Source: Octopus vulgaris
Taxonomy: Eukaryota
Assembly (NCBI GenBank): GCA_951406725.2
Contig: OX597824.1
Location: forward strand, 63,364,001-63,428,000
Length of the DNA: 64,000 nt
Reading direction: 5' to 3'
Below are positions 13,237 through 27,374 of this stretch, in pieces. The notes beneath the pieces were generated by a model. It worked only from the letters and a program-made list of their open reading frames with translations, did not search any database and had not been told where the DNA came from. Every line of letters begins with the position of its first letter. The first letter of the stretch is position 1. Both the position numbers and the translations under genes were made by a program.

Positions 13237-13964
13237 CTTATATATATTTCCACTCGTGCGGTGTATATCCCACCGGTGTATACATGCGCACATACATACA
13301 TATCAAAATATTTTTGCGTGTGTGTATATATATTTATATATATAGACACTCACCATATATGTTTGTATATTCTTATACATATAAATATATATATTTGTAT
13401 TTACACACATACATATATACATACATGCATACATACATACATACATACATACATACATACATACATACATACATACATACATACATACATACATACATAC
13501 TCCTTTCGACTATATCTAGGAATTCAGACCTGAATATTTACTTGGTAACTTTTAAATAAAAATCAAAGCTCATAAAATACTGAAATATTAAGTAGAAACT
13601 AAAATATTTGGGGTAATATTTTTGAACATTTATAAGGTGGACTTCGGAAACACGTTATAACTTGAAACGTCCATATGTTATAAAACGCTTTAATAGTGAC
13701 ATAGCAAAATTCTATGGTTCTTACAAGAACAGTATTTTCTTCTTTTCTTCAAACTTATATTTGCTATAATAACATTCACGACGCAGCGAAAGTTAGACAG
13801 GTGAGTTGAAGTGACAAAGCAGTTAATCTAAGTTTAAACATAGAGAGAAACACTGGGGAGTGTGTAATCAAAATGTATGAGAAATGGAGAGAAAGAAACT
13901 AATAGATTTAATGAGAGAGAAAGGGAGAGAAGTGGGAGAGGGTAAGAGCGAGAGACACCTGAAC

Positions 13965-14180
13965 TAAACGAGCTGTAGATTTGCTGAATCGTTAAAGTGC
14001 CGGAGAAAATGCTTTATAATATTTACTCAGACTATTTATATCTTGAGTCCAAATCCCACGGAGATCAATGTTCATTTTCATCCGTTCGAAAATGATAAAA
14101 TAAAGTATCAGTCAAGTACTGGAAACAATGGTAACGAATGTTTTACAAAACCGTTGGCCTAGTGCCTAAATTAGAAACCT
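13965..14180 (+). mobile_element. SINE family C, decayed
   Basis: gagtccaaatccc...ttttcatccgttcg...gataaaataaagtatcag...ggcctagtgcctaaattagaaac. Confidence 0.6.
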
Positions 14181-14409
14181 TAGTCTAATTCTATTCTAAT
14201 TTTGTTCTGAATTGAAATCATATCATGATTTTTGTCCCTCATTTCCATAGAATCGATAGCATTCAAGTTCAGTGCTAATCCATACGACTCACATGAATTT
14301 TTTATGAGTAATTCTGGTTTAGTTCTTTATGTCCTGTATTCAAAGTTTGTTGTATTGATTTTTGGCGTTCATTCTTATGGGATTGATAGAATCTGTAGTA
14401 TGCAACTAG

Positions 14410-14630
14410 TGGAGATGCGTAGCTTAGTGTTGGACTTATGATTGTAAGATTGTGGTTTCGATTCCTGGACCGGGCGACGTGTTGTGTTCTTGAGCAAAAC
14501 ACTTCATTTCACGCTGGCAAAAATCAGTAAACCTGCGACGGTCCGGCGCCCCGTCGAGCTGGGGAATATATACGCCAAGGAAATCAGGAAACCGGCCCTC
14601 ATGGGTCGTTGTGACTCAAGAAGGAACTTT
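14410..14630 (+). mobile_element. SINE family B with internal deletions
   Basis: Matches 5226-5476 (gattgtggtttcgattcctggaccgggcgacgtgttgtgttcttgagcaaaac). Confidence 0.8.
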
Positions 14631-16195
14631 GCCATTACTTTTTTATATGCAACTACAGCTGAATACTAAGGATTTTATTGATCCCAGAGGAATCTTAAGT
14701 ATATAGCTGCAACAGCTCCAACCGAACTACAAAGAACTAGAAATCCCATTAATTGTTTTATGTACTTTTAAACAGATAAATGTAAAACGTTTTCCGTTCA
14801 TTTTTGTTTTGCCCTTGTTTTTAACTCTTTTTCCGTTTTGATTTTTTTCTTTTTTCTTTTCTTTTTTGTTTTTGTACTTTGCCGACAGAGAACTTCGCCA
14901 TTTTTCTTGAATTCTATTTTCGTCTTTGCAAGCCCATTGGGACAATCAGAAAGACAGTCATTCGTCTTACTTTCACTATTTTTTCTCAAAATATCACCGG
15001 TAACATACCTACCTTTGCAGCCACTCTGTTTAATGCCATGTCCACTCCTACACACTTAGCTAATTCTCACACGCATTTCCAATCACCCAAAGGTATTCTT
15101 GCTGTTACTCTTTTCTGTGATTGTAGTGATGAGGTGGTGCATATTATTGCTTAGTTTTAGATTAGCTTTTACTGAACAAGCGTATGAGAAAAGTGGATCA
15201 AGACATGGCTATTTCGTCTTTCACTCAAGCATTACATATTTCAAACTAAATTATTTAACATGTATGTACATTGTCAAAATGGTAGGATGTAATCTGAGGG
15301 AGATTTTGGCAGCTCAGATCATTTGGTCACCTAGAGATGTCGCCCTAAATTGTTCTATTATCTAAAGGCCTCTACAGTTTTAGGATATGATACTGAATAT
15401 AAAGCCTTCTTCCTTCAGTTTCTTGCCTTACAAATGCTGACACGATTATTTGAACATTCACTTCTTGCACTGCTGATTCTTCAGACAGTCATATGCACAA
15501 GAAAAGATGACATATCTGAGCTAACCTCTAAGTTAGCTCAGATTGAAGTGACCTGTAGAATAAAGCGCCCCATTTCTGATCATCATATCTTTTCTACAAC
15601 TATAGTGAATCTTGATTTACACAATCTAAGGACCCATTTCGCTTTTTCATATGATAAGATGAAATATGATAAATAATTGGCTGCTATTTCTAGTAAATCG
15701 GGTGAACATTTCTAACTAAAATCATTTATAGATGCAAGTGGTGCCATCACATTTCGCTGTTTCTGATATTTATGTGTTTTTCTTGCTGTGTCACTCCCAC
15801 TAACCTTCTGTATATTTGCCGAAGACACGGTCTAATTCACATCTAACATACGCTTTTGAATATATTCCAGTATTATCAGATTATTTCTTTTTTACCTGAA
15901 ATTGCTTCCTGCAAAAACTAGCAATGTCAGAAAGACGAGGTCTGCAAAGAAATGGTTGAATGGATTCAAACGAGCATTTATTTATACATATGAATAATAG
16001 TTCTATAAAAATGAAAGCTTCAATATACAACACTTGTAAGCATTTTCGATTGAAAAAAAAACAAACATGTTTTCTGGTGATATATTCGTTCGCAGAGAGT
16101 TTCATTTTAGTATTCTCTAAATGTATGTAATTTCTTATCTACGTATACGATTATTTTCACGCTTGCGCGCACATATACCTGTCTAAGTGTGTATT

Positions 16196-16242
<47 letters not shown>

Positions 16243-16314
16243 ATATTTATATATATAAATATATATATATACATATATATTTATATTTATATACATACAT
16301 ATACATATACATAT

Positions 16315-16402
<88 letters not shown>

Positions 16403-16526
16403 TATAAGCATATCATTATTCAGTTTAGTTCAAGATTTTATGCCAATAGAGAAAGAATCGGTTTTTAACTTAGATCCAAAGCTCCTTCATTGGAATTTCA
16501 ACAGGGTATTTTTGTTTATATGTATG

Positions 16527-16910
16527 CGTATTCATATATATATATTTGCTTACCATCCACAGGGTCCCGGGTTCAGTCCGACTGCGTGGCACCTTGGGCA
16601 AGTGTATTCCGCCTCGGGCTGACCGAAGCCTTGTGGGTGAATTTAGTAGAAGGAAACTGAAAGAAGCCTGTCGTATATATATATATATATATATGGGTGT
16701 GTGTGTGTGTGTTTGTGTTTGTCCCCTAAACATCGCTTGACAACCAATGCTGGGGTGTTTACGTCTCTGTAACTTAGCGGTTCGGCATAAGAGATCGATA
16801 TAATAAGTACTAGGCTTACAAAGAATAAGTCCAGGAAACGGTTTGCTCGATAAAAGCGATGCTCCAGCATGGCCACATTCAAATGACTGAACCAAATAAA
16901 AGAATAAAAG
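16527..16910 (+). mobile_element. SINE family A
   Basis: Head GGGTTCAGTCCGACTGCGTGGCACCTTGGGCAAG, central (TA)n(TG)n, tail AAATAAAAGAATAAAAGA. Confidence 0.85.
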
Positions 16911-17300
16911 AAACTATATTCATACGGAGAGAGACAAAGAGACTCACGAACACAATAATAAAAAAGTTTACAATGTCTCTCTCTCTTTCCCTTTCTCTCT
17001 CTCTTGCTTTCTCTCCCTTTCTCCCTCCTTTTTTTTCTCAGCCTCTTAGTGTGTGGGTGTGAGTGCGCGCGTGCGTATGTGTTTATGTATCTAGTTCTCT
17101 AGCATCGGGGAGTCAATTTTTGCTTCTGCAGAGACCTTTTATATAAAGAATGAATGAAGTGATACCGCTTTTGTGTGATTTATTTCGTTATCAAAACTGA
17201 GTTCAAATTAATTAATACATTTTGCTGTATACACCAATGTAACCACACGTGTGCCATAGGCAATTTATTTTCCATCTTTGGACTTTTCCCTTTCTCACTT

Positions 17301-17324
17301 CCGATGAAGAGCTATACTCGAAAC
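17301..17324 (+). ncRNA. Degenerate hammerhead-like core
   Basis: CCGATGA-A-GAGC-TAT-ACTC-GAAAC; related copy at 27767-27790; helices I and III not evident. Confidence 0.45.
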
Positions 17325-17465
17325 ACCAAACTCTCTCCATTCACCGAACGTCAAGCTAATACATTTCTTGCGCATATCCTCACGTTTGTTTTTTCTTTTT
17401 CGTTTTTTGGTTTGTTCGTTCGAATTATTTGTTTATTTGTATAGATAGAAAGATAGATAGATAGG

Positions 17466-17561
<96 letters not shown>

Positions 17562-17615
17562 CAGGCAGACAGACATGCATGCATGCATACATACATACAT
17601 ACATACATACATTCA

Positions 17616-17661
<46 letters not shown>

Positions 17662-18167
17662 CATACATACGTACGTACGTACAAGACGAGCCACTATAAT
17701 CTTCTGAGATAGAAAGAAAGAAGTGAATACTGTTAGAGAGGTCAGTGGATATTTGACTGAAAGTCAAAGAGAGAGACAAGATAACTACGGACAACTGCTT
17801 AGAAACACATTGAACATCCTCCTGAAAATTTATCGCCAAAACAACTTTTCTATTATTGGAGTTATCTAATTCGATATATATATATAATAGTAATATTTGT
17901 TATTAATATTATACATGTTTTGATATTAATACTGAAACAAAATCGACCTTGTTTCTAATGAAAAAATTTGGACCTACATTTTGCGCTCCCACCCACCTAA
18001 GCAAATTTCGTTTTCGTTGTAACTTCTAGAGCCCGAGCAATGCTATGGCATAAATGAGAAGCCACAAACACAATACATCATTCTGAAATTCACAGGCAGT
18101 CTATATTTCTGGGAAATTTTCGTTCAACAAATGAGAACATTAACTGCATGTCACTGTGCTGGGGCTG

Positions 18168-18460
18168 TGGACGCGCAATGGTCAAGTTAATAGGGCAGCG
18201 GATTCGCGGTTGGAGGATCGCTGTTTCGACTCCCAGACCGGGCGTTGTGTGTGTGTTTATTGAGCGAAAACACCTAAAGCTCCACGAAGCTCCGGGACGG
18301 GGGGGTGGCGACCGCTGTTGTACTCTTTCGCCTCGACTTTCACTCTTTCTTCCTGTTTCTTGAGTAAAGCTGCGATGGACTGGCATCCCATCCAGCTGGA
18401 TGGAACACATACGCCACAGAAACCGGGCCCATGACCCTGGCTAGGCTTGAAAAGGGAGCA
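18168..18460 (+). mobile_element. tRNA-derived SINE sharing its 3' tail with family B
   Basis: B box GTTTCGACTCC, different body, tail CTGCGATGGACTGGCATCCCATCCAGCTGG...AGAAACCGGGCCCATGA-CCTGGCTAGGCTT as at 5375-5470. Confidence 0.75.
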
Positions 18461-19609
18461 TAATTATATAAATACTGTGCTGGGGCAGCAAATGGTTCCA
18501 ATTCAGTCATATCAAATTATTGTTCGTAATTAAGTATTCGATCGAAAACATTTTTGGTTTTATCAAATTTATATGTACGTACAAACAGAAACATGTTTGT
18601 GTGTGACGCGGCTTTTCATTCATTCAAAGCAAAATAAACATTTGGCCCATTCACTTACTGGAAACGACAATCTAAAATATTAATAACTGCAACATCTACA
18701 AAATTATGGCAGCATAAAAGTCTAAATATTTTCAACGAATAAAATTATACAGTTATAAAGATTAAATTGCACATTATTTTGAATGTTATGTGGATATTTC
18801 ATGTAAATGAGATAAAATCAATTAAAACAAGTTGTATGTCGGTCACACATACAAACCACACAGAGACAGGCATACACACGCACGCACACACACATGCATG
18901 TATGTATGTACGTAAGTATGTATGTATGTATGTATGTATGTATGTATGTATGTATGTATGTATGTATGTATGTATGTTTGTATGTGCGTGTGTATGTATA
19001 TATGTATGTTTTTAAATGTATGTGTTGTGGATGAATAGGTGGTAGTTGATTGATTTCGTAGTAAAAGTTCAGAGAGCTGCAGAACTCTTTTAGTGAATGG
19101 AATACAGCATTGTTACGTGCTTGCTAAATGGTTTGTCTAAGCTATGACAAAGGTATAAACCATTAAATCAATAAATATATAATAACAGCAAGGCCAGATT
19201 TGATATCAGAGTACAAAACGTAAAAACTAAATAAGGGTAAGCATATTTTAGATGCTTACTCGCGTTTAGTTTTTGTTGATGCTTAATCTGCAACCACGTC
19301 GTTCCACGTTCGTCTACACTTCACATATCTTTGGACATTTTATACCTAACTTGAGCTCAACCAATAAATTGTGAATAGAATTTTGTCCTAAGTGTATCAT
19401 TGCTTGACGATAATTAGGAAGGGAAATATTTTGATTTGGGGACATTCGTATAATGTTGTATCATCTTTCTTGGCTCATCTTGAGAACTGTATGTAGCTAT
19501 GAATCAATTCATTATTAGAAATATATAAATTTAAAGGTTCTGTTTTATAATGTTTTTCTCGTGACATCTCTATCTGGGAATTGTTATTTTCAGCTTGTTT
19601 GACAATCCT

Positions 19610-19985
19610 TTAGCCTTTATTAGTTTCACTCTTTGGATTGTGGCTATTTTGGAACACTGCTTCGAAGGATTTAATCGAATAACGTGATCCCAATACGTAT
19701 ATTTTCATGTCTGGTGCTTGTTCTATCGTCTTTCGCCAAACCGCTGCGTTACGGGGACGTAAACAAACCAAAACCAGTTGTTGAGCTTTTGGGGCAGGAG
19801 ACCTGAACAAGCTCAAAGAAATATACTTATATGCGACAGTCTCCTTCACTGTTTCCGTCTACCAGAGTCACTCCCTAGGCACTGGTCTGTTCAGGGCTTA
19901 AGTAGAAAGGTGTCATTCCATAGGATTGAACCTGTAACACTGTGATCGCAAAGCGAGCTTCTGAACCATATAGCCATGGCTGTAC
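19610..19985 (-). mobile_element. SINE family A, decayed
   Basis: gttacggggacgtaaacaaacc...gtttccgtctacc...ggattgaacc...aaccatatagcca. Confidence 0.7.
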
Positions 19986-20004
19986 CTAGGATACTGTTTC
20001 TCTT

Positions 20005-20044
<40 letters not shown>

Positions 20045-20344
20045 TGTGTGTGTGTGTGTCGTAGAATCAATCTTTCGTACATAGATCACCTACAACTAAG
20101 GACCATCTACAATTGGTGAGTTTGATGGCTCAACTGCACGTGCAAAAGTAATAGAAGGAACTGAGATTGATCATGGGAAGCCAAATCCGAAATAGAGTGC
20201 GCAGCTTATGTATATATTGAAGCACCATTCCTACAATACCTCTCAATCTTCAAGATTTTATATTAGCTAAAACTTTATACTAACTATTCCACCTCTGACG
20301 AGAATTAACCTAATATTTATCCCAGGAGTAATGTGTGTGTGTGC

Positions 20345-20383
<39 letters not shown>

Positions 20384-20405
20384 CATACATACATACATAC
20401 ATACA

Positions 20406-20437
<32 letters not shown>

Positions 20438-21371
20438 CACATCTATACAGATGTATATCGTCACATATTTTAACTCACAAACATATATACATGTTTCTGT
20501 ATGTACGTTACAAATAAATGTACGCGTGTCTATGTGTATGTGTGCGTTTATGTATACACACGTGTGTGTGTATGTGTGTGTGTGCACGAATATATGTGTA
20601 TGCATATTTGCACATGAATATATCAAAAAATAAAGACGAAAGAGGTGTTTATCATTCGAAAAACACACCTATGTAATGTCTGATCTTTGCTTTATCACAT
20701 GAGGTACCTTGTCACTTTCGTCGTCATAGATGCAATGGCCTACCGTTTGATCCGCTGGGTAATAAACGATGTGAAATTTCATCAGTTTTAATGTGAAATA
20801 AAAGAAATTAATAACACAAATCGAAGATTTTGTCTTTCTTAAGCCAAAAGTTATTGGTGTAGCTAATATATCCAAGCCGTGACCATCTTGTCTATTCATT
20901 GGTGCATGGAACCCACAACCATATTTGTCAACACGTCTTTATTTTTTTCCGACGGTAATGTATGATTTAACAGAGATTTGGCTTTTCTTTCTAGCAAGTC
21001 GTCTGACCTCAAAGTGGCTCCTTCACTGTCAGAACGCTATCGCTCCACTCGAAATTATTGCTCCGAAGTGCGGTTCTGGACGAGTTGTTTTATTGGATGT
21101 CACCAGTTGCTCTGTCGTAACCTTTGGGGAGTAGAGAGTGGCAACAGATATCAAAAGGCATTTAGTAAAACACTTAAACGATTCTGCCATTACACAATAT
21201 AATGCTAGCATTTATCGAGGTATGAAAGGATAAAAGGAAAATCTGACCTCAATCGGCGAGATTTGAAATGTATGAATCTGTGTGTTGAGACAGAAAGAAA
21301 GAGAGCGAGAAACAGAAAAGACAGACAGACAGACAGGCAGGCAGGCAGGCAGGCAGACAGACAGACAGACA

Positions 21372-21404
<33 letters not shown>

Positions 21405-21456
21405 ACAGACAGACAGACAGGCAGGCAGGCAAGCAGACAGACAGACAGACAGATAG

Positions 21457-21487
<31 letters not shown>

Positions 21488-21503
21488 AATAGATAGATAG
21501 ATT

Positions 21504-21579
<76 letters not shown>

Positions 21580-21844
21580 TACGTATGTCTAGAGAACAAT
21601 TTCTTCATTTAAAACACAATGCACTAGTTTCGTCATTCTTATTACAAATTCTTGATATTTTCGTCACAGTTTCTCGCTGTTAGTTTGGAACAATAACGTT
21701 CTCAGATCTATAATAACTGCAAGAAACTGATACGGAAAACATGAAACATCTGTGATGAAAAAAATAAATAAAAACTAGAACACAGTCGTGTTTTCAAGGA
21801 AGTATATGTGTCAGTGTGTGTGTGTGTGTTTGTTTGTTTGTGTG

Positions 21845-21891
<47 letters not shown>

Positions 21892-22457
21892 GGCTGATCG
21901 TATGCATTTGTGTTTTGTTAATAAATGATAAAACAAGAAATATTTTGAAAATTATATTGGCAACAGCTTTGAGATATTTTTTTATTGTTTCCTCCCCACC
22001 CCTTTGTAAACATCGATGGTGCTTTTAGATAAATCTATATACAACCATTTCAACTCTGAGACTTTGTCACTGTGAGATTCTGAGAGCGTGTCACAGAATT
22101 CTATATGCTTTTTTGATTTTTGTTTTTTGTTTCGAAAGAAATTTACTTAAAAGGAAAGAAACAATGAACAGAGTACAAGCTGGGAATGTATGTCAAATTA
22201 TCTGATGAAAAAGCTTTGATCTCAGCGATAAAAAGTTGTTTATGAAACGCAGCTTGAAAACAACAATGTGTTGTTATCCAACATTTATGTTTCTTATGAA
22301 TAGTTATTGATTTTTAAAAGCAGCAACAGCAGCAGAAACAGCAGCAGCAGCAACGACAGAAGTTGCAGCGACAACAGAAGGAACAGCAGCAACAGCATGT
22401 GCACTAGCAGCAGCAACATTTTTCGACCCGCTCAGCAAAAACGTTTGCCTCAGCAAA

Positions 22458-23290
22458 GCGGCGAGCTGGCAGAAATGCTAGCACGCCGGGCGAAATGCGT
22501 TGCTGTATTTCGTCTGCCGTCACGTTCTGAGTTAAAATTCCGCCGAGATCGACTTTGCCTTTCATCCTTTCGGAGTCGATTAAATGAATACCAGTTACGC
22601 ACTGGAGTCGATATAATCGACTTTATCCGTTTGTCTGTCCTTGTTTGTCCTCTCTGTGTTTAGCCCCTTGCCGATAGTAAAGAAATAGGTATTTCGTCTG
22701 TCTTTATGTTCAGAGTTCAAATTCCACCGACGTCGACTTTGCCTTTCATCCTTTCGGGGTCGATAAATTAAGTACCAGTTGCGTACCGGGATCGATCTAA
22801 TCGACTTAATCCCTTTGTCTGTCCTTGTTTGTCCCCTCTATGTTTAGCCCCTTGTGGGCAATAAAGAAAAAAAATAATGGGACAATGTGAAATAAATTTT
22901 AAGGGAGCATATAATTGATGATAGGATCTAATAACTTAACGGTACTAACTTTACCGATCTATTGGATGATATTTTATATAAAGCGCCGGAAAAACGTCAT
23001 TAAGTATTTTGTCTGCGACGCTAACACTTCTGCCAGAACGCCGCCTTGACAATATTGTCACTTTGTCGTGTTGACTTTGCCTTTCATCCTTTCGGGCTTC
23101 GATATATTAAGTACCAGTTACGCACTGGAGTCGATGTAATCGACTCAATACCTTTGTCTGTCCTTGTTTGTCCCCTCTGTGTTTAGCCCCTTGTGGGTAA
23201 TAAAGAAACAGATAAATTAAGTACCTGTTGTGTACGGGGTCGATTTAATCGACTGGCCCCCTCCCCAAAAATTTCGGGCCTTGTAGAAAA
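22458..23290 (+). mobile_element. Cluster of SINE family C copies with reiterated central module and one inverted fragment (~22900-23050)
   Basis: GACTTTGCCTTTCATCCTTTCGG...AGTACCAGTT...TTTGTCTGTCCTTGTTTGTCC repeated at ~22550, ~22735 and ~23073. Confidence 0.85.
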
Positions 23291-24179
23291 AGATTAGAAA
23301 AAAATATATATGTATGTATGCAAGTGCGCTTATGTTCATTTGTATGTTGAATGTTTTATAAATCTTCACTGACCACTGATCGAGGGGATCTGGAGAGCTT
23401 ATTTTGTTCCTTACCGGAACCTCTTCACCAGCATTTAGAGATCACTTTTCGCGAATCATTGTTGATACATCTGCTTGTACACCCATAATAATAGGTTTCC
23501 GAGAACATTTTAAATAGCCACAATAAAGCAGTTGTACGTTCCTCACTAATTACAATAGATATTCGTTTTTAAACATTTCACAATTCCAGACGAGACGTTC
23601 ACATTCTCCCGCCAGCTAACCTTTACAAAAGTGCACGACTTTAGTTATTTGACCCATATAACAATATCAAATATATTGTGTTTACATTGGATTGACCTCG
23701 TACTCTCTCTCACCCTCTCTCTCTCCTCCCTCTCTTTCTTTCATTCTTTCTTTCTTTCTTTCTCTCTCTCTCTCATTCGCTCTCTCTCTCTGTCTCTTGT
23801 AATGTTCTCTCATATTATTCCATTTTTTCAAAGATGTGTATATATTCTGCTTTTGTTATACCTACAGCGCAACTATTAGAAAAGTTTTTTGTGATGTGTG
23901 TGTGTATGTATGTGTGTGTGTGTGCGTGTGTGTGTGTATGTGTGTGTTTGTGTATGTGACTGTGTGGAAGAGAGCATTGTAGTTCGTTTTGCCTCATCGT
24001 TTAATGTAAATTCGAACCTACCGAAGAGTGATATATCTACATAAAAATACATATACAGTTCGTTAATACACGTCTCAGTTACTTTCAAGACGAGGTAGAT
24101 ACACACACATACGCACACCTCACACACACGCACGCACACACACACTCACATACACATACACGCACTAATTCAGTCAAAT

Positions 24180-24215
<36 letters not shown>

Positions 24216-24258
24216 AATCACAAGTAAATGTGCACACTCACGCACACACACCCAAACA

Positions 24259-25077
24259 AATCGATCTTCGTCGATGTCTCCACCAAATTTGGAGATGGTC
24301 TAACGAAAGGGACCTGTGTCTGAACGTGTCAAAGTGCTGTCATCTGCCTGTTGGCTCTTCTGCAACTCAACTTGATTTCGAGTCGGGTCATCTGCTGCTG
24401 GAGAGGACCGACCTGGGTATCTTGGTGGATTCTTCCTTTTCGCCTTCGGCCCAGTGCGTCCATGCTGTCAACAAAGCACGCGGAGTTCTGTTTTTTGATT
24501 CGACGGTCATTTGGAATGCTCACAGCAGCCATATTCCTACCGCTCTATGTCACGCTGGTGAGACCCATATTGGAGTACGGGATTCAAGCCTCTTCTCCTT
24601 ATCTCCTCAAAGACATACAGCATCTCGAAAGAGTCCAGAAGCATGGTTCTTGGTCTCAAGCATTTGTCTTATGAAGAAAGGCTGAAGACGCTCGACCTTT
24701 ATTCTCTCTAGAAAAACGACGACGCCGTGGTGATCTCATTCTTGTTCACAACATCATAAGCGGAAAGTGTAGCCTCTCGAAAGAGCTGTTCTTCGCTCCT
24801 GCTCCAGAGCGTCGGCTGCGGGGTCACTCCGAAAAGCTCTATCTGCGACGATTTCATCTCAATCGAAGGAGAGGGGCTTTCTCCGTCCAGGTTGCGGATT
24901 CGTGGAATAAGCTGCCGGACGAGATTGTGAAGATGCCGACGACCGCTCGATTCAAAGTCTCCCTTGACAACAAGTGGCCTGAACTCTTTACATGAACACC
25001 ACCCTGTACATAACTCCATGTCCCCCTACATGGCCTTGATTTTTGCTTTTTGAGCCAAAAAATGAACTAACTAACTA
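24259..25077 (+). mobile_element. 5'-truncated CR1-clade LINE (ORF2 C-terminus, 3' UTR, (AACT)n tail), pseudogenised
   Basis: Translates LNVSKC...DLGILVDSSFSPSAQC...LYVTLVRPILEYG...HLERVQK...SYEERLKTLDLYSL*KRRRRGDLI...LRGHSEKL...WNKLP; frameshifts and an in-frame stop; ORF ends at ~24995. Confidence 0.9.
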
Positions 25078-25128
25078 AATGCACACAAATGCGCATACGT
25101 TCATATGTACAAAGATACACACACGCAC

Positions 25129-25180
<52 letters not shown>

Positions 25181-25335
25181 GCATGCATATATACACACAT
25201 CTAAGTACATTTATATATGTGTGTATGTGTGTTAGCTTATAGAGACAATCAGACAAGCAGACAGGTAGACTCACAGACAGACAGATACAAAGAAAAAGAT
25301 TACATGAAATGTAACCGGTGTTTTTGCGTTTGGAT

Positions 25336-25418
<83 letters not shown>

Positions 25419-25830
25419 TGCGTGTGTGCGCACGCGTGTATGCATGTGTGTGTACTTATGTATAATTACACAGATATTTGTATAGGTGTGAAGCTATATT
25501 TTCAAATCTTGTCATACTGTTGTAACAACTTTGCGCTTTTTATTGCTAAAGTTTTTTCGTGAATTATTAGTTCTTTTGTTTTGGTAGTCAATTAACGTTT
25601 CATGACATTCTCGGTCTTATTATCTGATTCAATTGATACGAATTGTATATTGTTGTGATGTTTCATAAAAATATTGATATAATCAATAAAAACCGTAATA
25701 ACCGGTTCCCAAATAGCGGATTGGTTAATTCCTGGCAAATTTCATAGTTTATTTCACGTGTTATATATCCGTGTATTAATAGTTGGGTTCGTATTTTATT
25801 ACTATTAATATTTCCTATATTATTGTTATT

Positions 25831-26260
25831 AGGGCGGCGAGGTGGCAGAACCGTTAGCACACTGGGCAAAATGCTTAACAGTATTTCGTCCGTCTTTATG
25901 TTCAAATTCAACCAATGTCCACTTTGCCTTTGATCACTTTCGGGTCGGTAAACCGAGTTCCAGTTGATCAATGGGATTGATGTAATCGATTCATTCTCTT
26001 CCCTGAAATTGCTGGACTTGTCCCAAATTTGGAATAACTATCATTATTAATAATGCCAATGTTACGGTTATTAAGGTGGCCAATAGACATTACAGGTAGC
26101 ACGTCGGGCAAAATGCTTATCGGAATTTCATCAGTCCATACGTTCTGAGTTAACATTCCGATAAGGTCGACTTTGCCTCTTATCATTTCGGGGTTGATAA
26201 AATAAGTATCACTTGGGGTCGATATAACCTTGCTGGCGTTGCGCCAAAATTTGAAACCAA
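25831..26260 (+). mobile_element. Two tandem SINE family C copies
   Basis: GGCGGCGAGGTGGCAGAACCGTTAGCAC at ~25833; second head at ~26074. Confidence 0.8.
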
Positions 26261-26514
26261 TACTCTGTAAAATTTTGTTTTATGCACTGAATTGCAATCT
26301 GCTGCGGTGTTACATGAGAATAACAAGAAGGTAATAGAATTCTAAATGTCTAAGTATTCTAAATACGTAAAGATTTCAGAACATATTTATGTTTGTAAAG
26401 TTAAAAAAACAGAAATAAGGAACACAACAACATATTGCTTAACAGGGAAAATTAAATTCACTTCGCTTCACAGGATCTGAACAATAGCGACATATATATA
26501 TATTTATATATACT

Positions 26515-27374
26515 CAGGGTGAGTGAAAAGTAAGTAGGCATAAAAATTGGTAATAAAATCCATCTTCCTTTTACAAATTCATTGAAAAAAATTACACAAG
26601 TTCTTTATTACACGGGGAAATGAAAATAAATCTTCATATTTCAATCAGTTTCCTCAAACAGACAGGGACGAAATGAACAACCTTCTGAAGGACATCGTTT
26701 GGGATATCATTGAGAACCTCCTGAGTCCGTGTCTCCAAGTCCTCCAGTGTGCGAGAATTTATCTGGTACATCTTTTTTGTGTAACCATAAAGGTAATAAT
26801 TATATGGAGTGAGACCTGACCTTCTTGGAGTTCTGGACTTCTGCGGTCACACGCTTCAGGTTTTAGCTCCTGCATGTAATGGGATTTCCACGGACGAAAA
26901 TTCAATTCTTTATACAATACCGTACGTATTGTGTGTTTTGTAAATCCATTTTCACGAGCTGCTTGACGAGTTCATTTTTTCGGGTTGCGATTCAACATTT
27001 CATGCAATGTTGCCACGTTCTCTGCTGATCGGGATGTGGTTGGATGGCCACTTCTTCGTTTCCAGAGCCTGTGGTTATCAGCTTTGCATGACAACTTTTT
27101 ATCGTCTCAGGACATAGTATTGCATGCTTACCATTCCATGCACGCCACCATCTCTGAAGTAAAACAATGGAATTCTACACTTCATGGCATGCTACTATCA
27201 GCTCGCTCCTCAACAGTCAAGCGACCAGCAATCTCGTAAATAAGAAATAAAGCAATAAGAAAATAAAAAGTCCCCATTAGTGTTGTCTGTTTAAAAATGT
27301 TTTCGTCATGACTTCAGTGATACTAAAACTTCTAAAAGCAATTTCTAATACCTAGTTACTTTCCGCCCATCCTG
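26515..27374 (-). mobile_element. Internally deleted Tc1/mariner-superfamily transposon
   Basis: Imperfect TIRs CAGGGTGAGTGAAAAGTAAGTAGG / CCTAGTTACTTTCCGCCCATCCTG, TA on the right; minus-strand remnants RSGHPTTSRSAENV...TRQAARENG...LNFRPWKSHYMQEL and PRRSGLTP...SRTLEDLETR. Confidence 0.85.

Noticed and set aside
15514-15543. Perfect 12-bp hairpin ATCTGAGCTAAC/GTTAGCTCAGAT
   Set aside because: Isolated, apparently at the edge of decayed repeats, with no further support for function
20668-21200. Short minus-strand ORFs
   Set aside because: Possibly a very old mariner relic, but motifs are too weak to call
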